Assembly: GCA_965237595.1 (NCBI GenBank)
Contig: CBDEFY010000004.1
Location: 415,414-479,413 of the forward strand
Length of the DNA: 64,000 bases
Source of the DNA: Dehalococcoidia bacterium
Lineage (GTDB): Bacteria > Chloroflexota > Dehalococcoidia > Lucifugimonadales > UBA3495
Direction of reading: 5' to 3'
The first letter of the stretch is position 1. Every line of letters starts with the position of its first letter. Below, piece by piece: positions 27,337 through 35,609 of this stretch. A program made the position numbers and the translations under genes. The notes below the pieces were generated by a model. That model was given only the letters and a program-made list of their open reading frames with translations, was not told the DNA's origin and made no database searches.

Positions 27337-27475
27337 AATGCCTTTCTCAGTCGTGACATAGTGTTGGGCTATTCTACACGCTGCGCTGGGCATGGGGAAG
27401 GTTGCCAACCGGTTGCCAATCCACGGGGCGTGGGTATAATTCCGTCAAGCTATTCATGGCGCGAGGGGCAAAAAC

Positions 27476-28240
27476 ATGGCCGGAAATATGGATGGCAAGA
27501 CAGCCTTGGTCACCGGCGGAGGGTCGGGCATCGGCCGGGCCGCATCTTTGGTCTACGCCAGAGAGGGAGCCCGGGTGGTGGTGGCCGATGTGAACGTCGA
27601 GGGCGGCGAGGAAACGGTGCAGCAAATCAAGGAGGCCGGCGGCGATGCCATCTTGGTCCATGCCGACGTGGCCAAACCCAAGGACACCCAGGCCATGGTG
27701 GACAAGGCGGTGGAGGCCTTCGGCAGTCTGGACTGCGCCTTTAACAACGCCGGAATCTCGGGCCGGGAACGGTGGCTCACCGCCGAATACCCGGAGGAAG
27801 AGTGGGACCGGGTCACCAGCATCAACCTGAAGGGCGTTTGGCTCTGCATGAAGGCCGAGATCCCCCAGATGCTGAAACAGGGAGGCGGGGCCATCGTCAA
27901 CACCGCCTCGGTGGCCGGACTGGTGGGCATCCGAGGCACGGCGGCCTACATCGCGTCCAAGCACGGTGTGACCGGGTTGACCAAGGCGGCGGCCCTGGAA
28001 TACGCCGCCCAGGGAATCAGGGTCAACTCCGTGTGCCCAGGCTACATCCACACCCCGCTGGTGCAGGGCATCTTCGACACCGTGGAAGGCTATGAGGACC
28101 AGGTCAAGTCCCGGCACCCGGTGGGCCGGTTGGGCGAGCCGTCAGAAATAGCCGAGGCAGTTTTGTGGCTGTCCTCGGACGCAGCGTCATTCGTTACCGG
28201 ACATAACATGCCCGTAGACGGCGGCTACGTGGCCCAGTAA
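27476..28240 (+). CDS. SDR-family oxidoreductase
   Basis: TGGGSGIGRA cofactor motif, NNAG, and catalytic YIASKHG. Confidence 0.85.
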   Translation: MAGNMDGKTALVTGGGSGIGRAASLVYAREGARVVVADVNVEGGEETVQQIKEAGGDAILVHADVAKPKDTQAMVDKAVEAFGSLDCAFNNAGISGRERWLTAEYPEEEWDRVTSINLKGVWLCMKAEIPQMLKQGGGAIVNTASVAGLVGIRGTAAYIASKHGVTGLTKAAALEYAAQGIRVNSVCPGYIHTPLVQGIFDTVEGYEDQVKSRHPVGRLGEPSEIAEAVLWLSSDAASFVTGHNMPVDGGYVAQ

Positions 28241-28242
28241 CC

Positions 28243-28746
28243 GTGTACCAAGCAGCGGTTGTCATCCACGTCATCTCGGCCGTCACCTGGTTGGGCGGGA
28301 TGTCGTTCTTGGTGATGGTCATGCTGCCCCTGGCCAGAAGGGACATGGCGTCGGGGCAGCCGGGGCCGGGGTTGGCGGTGTTGAGGGACGCGGCCAACCG
28401 GTTCGTGCCGGTGGCCTGGGGGTCCATGATCGTCCTGGCGGTGACCGGCGCCTATCTGGCCTGGGAACATTGGGGAATCCGCCCCGATGTGTTCTTCACC
28501 GACGGCGGCCGTTTCATGCGCATCCTGCAAATCAAGAGCGGCTTGTTCCTATTCGTATTGGTGTTGAGCCTGCTCCACGATTTCTGGCTGGGCCCCAAGA
28601 TTTTGGAGCGGCTGGACCAAGCCCGCGCCTCGGGGCAGGCCCCACCCCAAAGCCTGGGCCGGAAAGTCCTCCGCGTGACCGCTGGGGTGAACCTCCTGGC
28701 AGCGATGACCATCCTGGTCCTGGCGGTGTGGTTGATCCGGCCGTAG
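28243..28746 (+). CDS. 4-TM membrane protein, CopD/HemJ-like (weak)
   Basis: HVISAVTWLGGMSFLVMVMLP first helix plus three further hydrophobic helices. GTV start 2 nt after the SDR stop. Family assignment is tentative. Confidence 0.45.
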   Translation: MYQAAVVIHVISAVTWLGGMSFLVMVMLPLARRDMASGQPGPGLAVLRDAANRFVPVAWGSMIVLAVTGAYLAWEHWGIRPDVFFTDGGRFMRILQIKSGLFLFVLVLSLLHDFWLGPKILERLDQARASGQAPPQSLGRKVLRVTAGVNLLAAMTILVLAVWLIRP

Positions 28747-28819
28747 GGCAGAGTCCAAGATTGCAACCTCGGCCAACGTGGTTCCTGAGTGTCAGGGCAG
28801 GTTGGAAACCCGCCCCTAC
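28743..28819. repeat. REP-like element, family B copy 1 (GTAG...CTAC bracketed)
   Basis: Starts GTAGGGCAGAG. Contains the hairpin GGGCAGG-ttggaaa-CCCGCCC and ends CCCCTAC. Lies immediately upstream of the RAYT-like gene. Confidence 0.7.
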
Positions 28820-28904
28820 GACTGGGTTACTGAACAAAGGTGGGGCGCGTTTTTGCTTTCATTGCGACATCATTGTGGACAATTCTCCTTTGTCAGGTTC
28901 TACA

Positions 28905-29516
28905 ATGACTTTTGACCCAGAGAAACACGGCCGTACTTCAATCCGGCTGCCCGATTATGATTATTCCCAGCCCGGAGCCTATTTTGTTACTCTCTGTGTC
29001 GCTGGTCGGCGGTGCATCTTTGGCGGAATAGCAGATGGAGAAATGCGGCTAAATCAGATCGGAAAGTTTGTGACTGAACAATGGGCTGGATTGTCCAATC
29101 ACTACCGAAATGCAGTTGTTGATGCGTTTGTGATCATGCCAAATCACATCCACGGAATAGTTCATCTTACGGATGCATCAACCGTGTCCGTAGGGGCGGG
29201 TTTCCAACCCGCCCACGCTGCTGATCCGACCAAACCCCGGCATGGCCTACCAGAAATCATCCGGGGTTTTAAGACTTACACAGCCCGGATTATCAACCAG
29301 CATGCCAACACATCTGGTCAGCCTGTTTGGCAACGGAATTATTATGAGCATGTGGTGCGAACCGAGCATGACTTGGATGCTATTCGGAGATACATCATTG
29401 AGAACCCATTGAATTGGGCGGAAGACCGGGAGAATCCCGTGGTTCACGGGAAGGTTAAGGCGAGGCATAGCGGGTTAAAAACCCGCCCCTACGGACGACG
29501 ACTTGGTCGCGGATGA
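28905..29516 (+). CDS. IS200-like Y1 (HUH) transposase of the REP-associated (RAYT) type
   Basis: HUH motif MPNHIHGIV and Tyr motif VWQRNYYEHVVRTEHDLDAIRRYIIENP. Only the last 203 codons of track ORF 28470..29516 look coding. Flanked by, and containing, REP-like palindromes. Confidence 0.7.
   Translation: MTFDPEKHGRTSIRLPDYDYSQPGAYFVTLCVAGRRCIFGGIADGEMRLNQIGKFVTEQWAGLSNHYRNAVVDAFVIMPNHIHGIVHLTDASTVSVGAGFQPAHAADPTKPRHGLPEIIRGFKTYTARIINQHANTSGQPVWQRNYYEHVVRTEHDLDAIRRYIIENPLNWAEDRENPVVHGKVKARHSGLKTRPYGRRLGRG
29190..29214. repeat. REP-like hairpin, family B copy 2, inside the RAYT coding sequence
   Basis: GTAGGGGCGGG-tttccaa-CCCGCCC is translated in frame as VGAGFQPA, between the HUH and Tyr motifs. 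Confidence 0.75.
29465..29492. repeat. REP-like hairpin, family B copy 3 (degenerate 5' arm)
   Basis: gcATAGCGGGTT-aaaa-AACCCGCCCCTAC overlaps the last codons of the RAYT ORF (translated SGLKTRPY). Confidence 0.6.
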
Positions 29517-29535
29517 CGACGAGGGCAGACGCCGG

Positions 29536-30521
29536 TTAACTCACGAACTTCGACCAAGCTTGAGGCAGCCGGGTCAGCGCCTCCGCCGGCAGCGGGCCCT
29601 TGGCCGCGTAGGCCACCGCCTTCTCCAAGTGGTCCAAGTCGGAATAGCCCACCAATACGGTGGAAACGCCCTTGTTGCTCAGGGCGAAGCGCACCGACGC
29701 CTCAGCCATTTCCTCCGCAAACCCCTCATCGATCAAAAAGGCAAACTCCCCGGCCCTGGACACGTCTTCTTGGAAGTCCCTACTCGAGCCGATGGGCGCC
29801 ACCGACGGCACAGCAACGGGATGGCGCTCGGTGGTTCCGGTGAGAGCGCCAGCACCCGGATAACGATGACGCCGACCTGGTTCTCCGCCGCAAGGTCGAT
29901 TAGGCGGTCATAGTCAGGCATGTCGAACCCCGGCGGGGCCGTTGCGCCGGCACTGGCGTTAATCAGGTTGTATACCGTCTGCACCGTGTTCACCGTGCCC
30001 GAAACCACGACTTCATGGATACCCTTGGGCTCCCCCACGCCGGTCATCCCGTAGAAGCGGACCTTGCCTTGGGACTTGAGCACTCCAAGTGCCTCATGTA
30101 CTTCTCCCAACACATCGGACACTGTGATTGATCGAGTTTGCAGATGGGTCTGGGAACTTATTCGGTCGTGGAGTTGGATCAAATCGACCTGCTCCCGGTT
30201 CAGCCGCTTCAAGCTGGCCTCCACCGACTGGATGACCCCGGCCTTGAGGTCGTTGGGATCGGCCTCGCCCAGACTGTACTTAGTGCCTACGTAAACATCA
30301 GCGGATAGCTCATTCAATACCCGGCCCAGGTTGGTCTCGGACCGGCCTCCGCCGTAACGGGAGGCGGTGTCGAAGTAGTTGATGCCCAGCTCCATAGCCC
30401 TGGCAACGGCGCGCACCTGATCGGCGGGGTCACCCCGGACCATCAGTCCGCCCACGTCGCCGCAGCCGAACCCAATCTCCGACACGTCGATGCCGGTGTC
30501 TCCGAACTTTCTATAGTTCAT
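29536..30521 (-). pseudogene. aldo/keto reductase, frameshifted near 29847
   Basis: Track ORF 29733..30521 is a normal AKR up to ...VGVIVIRVLA, then runs into nonsense sequence. Another frame continues ALTGTTERHPVAVPSVAPIGSSRDF... into track ORF 29536..29811, the AKR C-terminus. Confidence 0.7.
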
Positions 30522-30540
30522 TCATCCCTCTGATGAGCAC

Positions 30541-31341
30541 TTATTGGGCCGACGGGAATTTGGGGTCGCGCTTCTCCTTGACCGAATCCAGGCCTTCCTG
30601 GACATCCTCGCCGAAGAAGCCCAGCATCTCCAGGGCCAGGGAGTAGTCGAAGGCGGTGTGCTCGGCCATGCGCAGCCACTGGTTCAACGAGCGCTTGGTG
30701 AACCGGAGCGCGGGTTGTGAGCCGGAAGCCAGCCGGCGGGCAACGTCCATGGCCTTGTCCATCAACTCTTCATGGGGCACCACCTGGCTGACCAAGCCCA
30801 ACCGCTCGGCCTCTTTACCGTCAAGAAATTCGCAGGTGAGCAGATAGTACTTGGCTTTGGCCATGCCGATGAGCAGGGGCCAAATCACCGCCGCATGGTC
30901 TCCGGCGGCCACCCCCAGCCGCACGTGACCGTCGGTGAAGCGGGCCCTCTCCGAAGCTATGGAGATGTCGGCCAACAGGGCCACGGCCAAACCGGCGCCC
31001 ACCGCCACGCCGTTGATGGCGGAGATCACCGGTTTGTCCAAGTTAATCATGTTGTGGACGATGTCCCGGGCCTCCTCCATGGTCCCGGCGATGACCTGCG
31101 CGTTGCCGATGGACTTTTCAATCAGGTCGAAGTCGCCGCCGGCGGAGAATGCGTTGCCCGCGCCGGTAATGACGGCCACCCGGACATCGTCGTCCTTGCC
31201 CAGGTCCAGCCAGATCCGGCTGAGTTCGTTGTGCAGTTTGAAGTCGGTGGCGTTGTAGACCTCCGGACGGTTGATGGTCAGGAGTGCGATGCCGTCCTTG
31301 ATCTCGATGATTATGTTTTCGTAGCTGCTGTAGTCGGCCAT
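30541..31341 (-). CDS. enoyl-CoA hydratase/isomerase (crotonase) family protein
   Basis: Crotonase fold motifs VITGAGNAFSAGGD and INGVAVGAGLAVAL. Confidence 0.85.
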   Translation of the reverse strand: MADYSSYENIIIEIKDGIALLTINRPEVYNATDFKLHNELSRIWLDLGKDDDVRVAVITGAGNAFSAGGDFDLIEKSIGNAQVIAGTMEEARDIVHNMINLDKPVISAINGVAVGAGLAVALLADISIASERARFTDGHVRLGVAAGDHAAVIWPLLIGMAKAKYYLLTCEFLDGKEAERLGLVSQVVPHEELMDKAMDVARRLASGSQPALRFTKRSLNQWLRMAEHTAFDYSLALEMLGFFGEDVQEGLDSVKEKRDPKFPSAQ

Positions 31342-31397
31342 CAGTTCCTCGTGGGAATAGCTGTCAGCTAACAGCTCTCAGCTATCAGGGAGTTGGT

Positions 31398-32636
31398 TTA
31401 GAACAGGGATTCGTTTTCAGTGAGGCGTTGTACTTCGGCATCGGACATGCCCAAGAGTTCTTTGAAGACGTAGCCGTTGTCCTCGCCGATGTTGCTATAG
31501 TGCCCGAAATCCATGGGGGACTCGGACAATTTAGAGGGGTTGTCGAAAGCGAGGCCTTCGGCGGCCTCCCATTCGTAGGCGGGCTTATCGCGGTCGGCCA
31601 GGTAGAAGGGCGTGGGCCGGTAGAACTCACGCGCCTTCAGATGCGGACTTTCGTACAGGTCCTTGCCCTGGGACACCAAACTGGCAGGGACTCCGGCTTC
31701 TTGGAGTCGTGTCATGACATCCTCAGCCGTGTGGCCGGCGGTCCACTGTCCAACAAGCTCGTCCAGCCGGTCCTGATTGGCCAGCCGGGAGTCCAGGGAG
31801 GAGAAGGCATCGTCGCCGCACCAGTCCGGGCTGCCGATGGCCATGCAGAAGGCGGCCCATTGCTCTTGTGTCTGTACAGCGATGGCGCACCAGCGGTCGT
31901 CTCCCTGGCACGGGTAGACTCCGTGAGGCGCCGCGAAGGGGTCTCGGTTGCCCATGCGCTGGGGCATCCGCCCGGTGGACTGGTAGTCCAAGATCGCCGG
32001 CCCGGCGGTTACCGCGCCCGACTTGAAGATGGACGATTCCATGGTGGCGGGCCGGCCGGTCAGCCTGCGGCGCAGCAGGGCGCCCATGATTGCCACGGGC
32101 TGGAATACGCCGGTGTGATAGTCGGAGTAGGACGTGTTGATGGTGGCTGGCGGCTCACCTTCCTCGCCGGACATCAGAGAGACGCCGCCCATGTGCTGCA
32201 CCAAAATCCCATAGGACTTGTAGGTGTAATAGGGGCCGATGCCGCCCAGGCCGGTCTGCCACATCAGGATGATGTCTGGACGCAGTCGCCGCAGTTCCGG
32301 AAAGTCGATGCCCCAGCGTTCCAGGATATTACGGCGGAAGTTGGTCATGAACACGTCGCTGACCTTGACCAACTCTTTGAAAACCTCCAGTCCGTCCGGC
32401 GTGCGGACATCAATAGTAATCCGCTTCTTCGCCCGCTGGAACTCCGGTTGCCCGCCGCCACGAGACCATGCGGGGATAAAGTTCATCTCGTCCAAGACCT
32501 TGTTGGTCTCGACCTTGATGACCTCGGCGCCCATTGATGCCAGGATGCGGCCGGTCATGGGTAGGGCCACGTACGGCCCCAGCTCTAGCACGCGGACGCC
32601 TTCCAGGGATTTCTTTGGAAGGGTTTGGCTGGTCAT
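31398..32636 (-). CDS. family III CoA-transferase (CaiB/BaiF), Asp-bearing paralog
   Basis: LEGVRVLELGPYVALPMTGRILASMGAEVIKVE N-terminus. SDYHTG sits at the position of the catalytic Asp, about 22 aa before TGRPA. Confidence 0.85.
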   Translation of the reverse strand: MTSQTLPKKSLEGVRVLELGPYVALPMTGRILASMGAEVIKVETNKVLDEMNFIPAWSRGGGQPEFQRAKKRITIDVRTPDGLEVFKELVKVSDVFMTNFRRNILERWGIDFPELRRLRPDIILMWQTGLGGIGPYYTYKSYGILVQHMGGVSLMSGEEGEPPATINTSYSDYHTGVFQPVAIMGALLRRRLTGRPATMESSIFKSGAVTAGPAILDYQSTGRMPQRMGNRDPFAAPHGVYPCQGDDRWCAIAVQTQEQWAAFCMAIGSPDWCGDDAFSSLDSRLANQDRLDELVGQWTAGHTAEDVMTRLQEAGVPASLVSQGKDLYESPHLKAREFYRPTPFYLADRDKPAYEWEAAEGLAFDNPSKLSESPMDFGHYSNIGEDNGYVFKELLGMSDAEVQRLTENESLF

Positions 32637-32649
32637 CGTAACGTCATAC

Positions 32650-33885
32650 CTAGATAACTCCCTGGGAACGGAGAGAGGCGAGGTCTGTCGCGCTGAGCCC
32701 CAGGTCTCCTCCGTAGACGGCGTCGTTGTCCTGGCCCAAGTGCGGTGCTGGCTTGGTGCCAGGCGAAACCTCTTCGCTGTCGAACACGCCCAAGGGGTAC
32801 TTCAGCGTGCCGGCATCGGCGTGGTCCAGGTCGAACCAGAAATTGCTGGCCTCAAGCTGGGGGTCCGCCAGCAGGTCGGACACCGTGTTGACGGGTATGA
32901 AGACCAAGTTCCGCTCCTGGCCTTGGTGGAAGAGTTCTTCCGAGGTGAAACGGGTGGTGAAGTCGATGACCAAGGCGGTGATGATGTCGTTGTAGGGGGC
33001 GCGGTCCTGGTTGCCGCCTTTGTAATCGTCATTCAGGATCTCTTCGTTGCCGGTCACTTCGTACATCCATTGGGACAGGTTTTCCCATTCCCGGGGAGTG
33101 ATGATGCCAGCGGATATCCAGCCGTCCTTGCTTGGGTAAGCGCCCAAAGGGATTACCAGGGTGGAGTTGGTGCCAACCCTGGTCACGTTCTCACCACGCT
33201 GCATCCAAGCCAGCGCGGGGTGGGCGTCGGTGTAGTAGGTAATCATCGCTTCCTGCATGGAAACGTCGATATGCTGTCCCGTACCGCCCTGCATGTCCCG
33301 GTAGAACAACGCCGCCAGGATAGCTGTGGCGGCGTGCTGGGCGCCGGGGAAGTGGGACTGCTCGTTGCCCTGGCGCAGGGGAGGGCCGTCGGGGTCGCCC
33401 GTGATTTGCATGAACCCGCTGGCAGCCAGAGAAATCAGGTCCGTGGACAGAAAATCCTTCCACGGACCGGTCTGGCCGAAGGGCGTAACCGAAGCCATCA
33501 CCAGCCCTGGGTTGTCGGCCTTGAGGGTGTCGAAATCGAGGCCCAGAGACTTCATGCGGCCGACCGGGAAACTCTCAATCACCACGTCGGCGGAAGCAGC
33601 CAAGCTCTTGAACAACCCCTGCCCCTTAGGACTTTCCAGGTCCAGGGTAACCGAGCGTTTGTTGGTGTTGTAGAACAGGAAGTAGGCGCTGCGTTCGGGT
33701 CCGGGCCGGTCTCCCACGAACGGCGGCCTTTGGCGGGTCGGGTCTCCTGCGGGGGGCTCCACCTTGATTACATCCGCGCCGTAGTCGGCCAGCAATTTGC
33801 CGCAGAACACGCCTTCGGGGCCGGTCAGGTCCAGAACGCGGTAGGGCGGCAGAAGGACGCCTTCGGCGGGGGCTTGGAAGGGCAT
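32650..33885 (-). CDS. family III CoA-transferase (CaiB/BaiF), paralog with His-Phe at the catalytic-Asp position
   Basis: YRVLDLTGPEGVFCGKLLADYGADVIKVEPPAGD N-terminus. SHFPGAQHAATAILAAL replaces the D[FY]xxG segment. Confidence 0.85.
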   Translation of the reverse strand: MPFQAPAEGVLLPPYRVLDLTGPEGVFCGKLLADYGADVIKVEPPAGDPTRQRPPFVGDRPGPERSAYFLFYNTNKRSVTLDLESPKGQGLFKSLAASADVVIESFPVGRMKSLGLDFDTLKADNPGLVMASVTPFGQTGPWKDFLSTDLISLAASGFMQITGDPDGPPLRQGNEQSHFPGAQHAATAILAALFYRDMQGGTGQHIDVSMQEAMITYYTDAHPALAWMQRGENVTRVGTNSTLVIPLGAYPSKDGWISAGIITPREWENLSQWMYEVTGNEEILNDDYKGGNQDRAPYNDIITALVIDFTTRFTSEELFHQGQERNLVFIPVNTVSDLLADPQLEASNFWFDLDHADAGTLKYPLGVFDSEEVSPGTKPAPHLGQDNDAVYGGDLGLSATDLASLRSQGVI

Positions 33886-34048
33886 GTGGTTCCTTGATTG
33901 GGCCTGTAGAATTAGCCACGGGAGCGGCTTTGGCGATTGTAGTTAGCGCCATAGGCGCAGTCAAGGCTGAATCGGACGATTGGTTGCTATCTGGCAGACC
34001 TGAATCTACTGCTATAATCATCCAGGCTGAAAAGTATCAAGGATTGGC

Positions 34049-35329
34049 ATGATTACCCTACTAGCGACCATACGAGACCGGTTTCTCCTGGCCCTGCAAT
34101 ACCAGGACTACCGAAACCTATGGATCGCCACCACCTTCTCCTCCTCCGCGGGCTGGGCGCTAATCATCGCCCGTGGCTGGCTGGCCTTTGAGCTCACTGA
34201 AGGCTCGCTCTGGGTCGGGATAGTCACCTTTGCGGCCATCGTGCCCAGGGTATTCTCCACACCGATTACCGGGTTCCTGGCCGACCGGTTCGACCGGCAG
34301 CGGTTATTGCGTTGGATATTCGCCCTGGAATTGGGCAACAACGTGCTCCTGGCCATGTTGGTCATGAACGGCTTCGCGGGGCCTTGGACTCTCACATTCC
34401 TGGCCCTGGCCAACGGCACCCTGCGCTCCGCTCAGATGACCACGGCCACAGCCTTGATACCCAACCTGGTGTCCAGAGAGCATCTCCTGAACGCCATCGC
34501 ATTGAACCAGGCCACCCAACAGGGAGCGCGAATGGTCGGGGCCTTGGCCATAGTCCCGCTACTGGGCTTCCTGGATATCGAGGCCGCCTTCTGGCTCTGC
34601 GGCGGGTTCTACCTTTTGGGCTTCATGCAGGTCTCGCGGGTGGCCACCAGGTCCACCGGAGTCATCGACAAGAGCCAGGGTTTCTTGGCGAACTTATTGG
34701 AGGGATTCGTCTACGTCTACCGGCGGCCTACCATCATGGCCATGGTGCTCTTGGTTCTGGCCCACTGCGCCCTAACTATGTCCTACGAGTCCCTACTTCC
34801 GGCCATATCCCAGGACAAATTGGCGGCCGGCTCAGTGGGAGTCAGCTACCTGATTGCCGGGATCGGCGGCGGAGCGCTGTTGGCCTCCATCTTCTTGGCC
34901 GGGGTCCGGAGCGAGTCCGTCAGAGGCAAGCTGTTCTTGTTCTTCGCCTTCTCCAGCGGACTGGGACCGATGCTGCTGGCATGGTCGGACAGCAGCACGG
35001 TGTCGATTGCCGCCACCATGGTGATGGGCGCCAACCAGGCCGGGTTCATGACGATCAGCCACACCATCATCCAGTCTCTTACCGAAGACCACGTCCGGGG
35101 CCGCGTGGCCGGGGTCTATTCGGTCCACGTGGGGGGCAGCATGGCAGTTACCAACATGGCAAACGCCGCCTTCGCCGATGTATTCAGCGCCTCATTGGTG
35201 ATGGTGTTCGGCGGCCTCATCTTCGTGGCAGTCGTATTCGTCAGCCTCGGCAGCGGATCATTGAGGAAGCTCTACTTCCCAGGCGCTGTGTCGGCGGCAG
35301 AATCAGTTGGGGCGTCGACTGCCGATTAG
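34049..35329 (+). CDS. MFS transporter (MFS_3 / EntS-like architecture)
   Basis: About 12 hydrophobic helices. N-terminal YRNLWIATTFSSSAGW and GFLADRFDRQRLL loop motif. Confidence 0.8.
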   Translation: MITLLATIRDRFLLALQYQDYRNLWIATTFSSSAGWALIIARGWLAFELTEGSLWVGIVTFAAIVPRVFSTPITGFLADRFDRQRLLRWIFALELGNNVLLAMLVMNGFAGPWTLTFLALANGTLRSAQMTTATALIPNLVSREHLLNAIALNQATQQGARMVGALAIVPLLGFLDIEAAFWLCGGFYLLGFMQVSRVATRSTGVIDKSQGFLANLLEGFVYVYRRPTIMAMVLLVLAHCALTMSYESLLPAISQDKLAAGSVGVSYLIAGIGGGALLASIFLAGVRSESVRGKLFLFFAFSSGLGPMLLAWSDSSTVSIAATMVMGANQAGFMTISHTIIQSLTEDHVRGRVAGVYSVHVGGSMAVTNMANAAFADVFSASLVMVFGGLIFVAVVFVSLGSGSLRKLYFPGAVSAAESVGASTAD

Positions 35330-35436
35330 CGTTAAACTGCCGACAGGACGAGGAGCCGCCCCCGTCCCTACCCTCCCCCTTGCGAGGAGTCGATACCTTT
35401 ATAAACCCTCCGTCAAGATACAAGAATCTTCCAATC

Positions 35437-35574
35437 ATGACCTTGGCAGACCCTTCGCTACGCCAGGGTGACATATGGGTAGCGCAGTTCAAACCGAACA
35501 CTAGGTGCAGTCTATACTCTAGAAGCAAAGCCCTTGCGAGGGGGAAGGGATTTACTGCCCAGGGTGGTCCATAA
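35437..35574 (+). pseudogene. possible MazF/PemK toxin N-terminal stub
   Basis: MTLADPSLRQGDIWVAQFKPNT resembles the MazF start (..RGDIW.V.F.P..G.E). It is followed by unrelated sequence. Sits between inverted GC-rich repeats at 35366-35387 and 35531-35549. Confidence 0.3.
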
Positions 35575-35609
35575 CCTGCCCACGACGCACACCGAAGCAG
35601 GAGGCACAG

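Noticed and set aside
28470-28904. N-terminal 145 aa of track ORF 28470..29516
   Set aside because: It overlaps the 3' end of the membrane-protein gene and a REP-like element, and is Pro/Gly/Arg-rich. The Y1-transposase similarity begins at ATG 28905.
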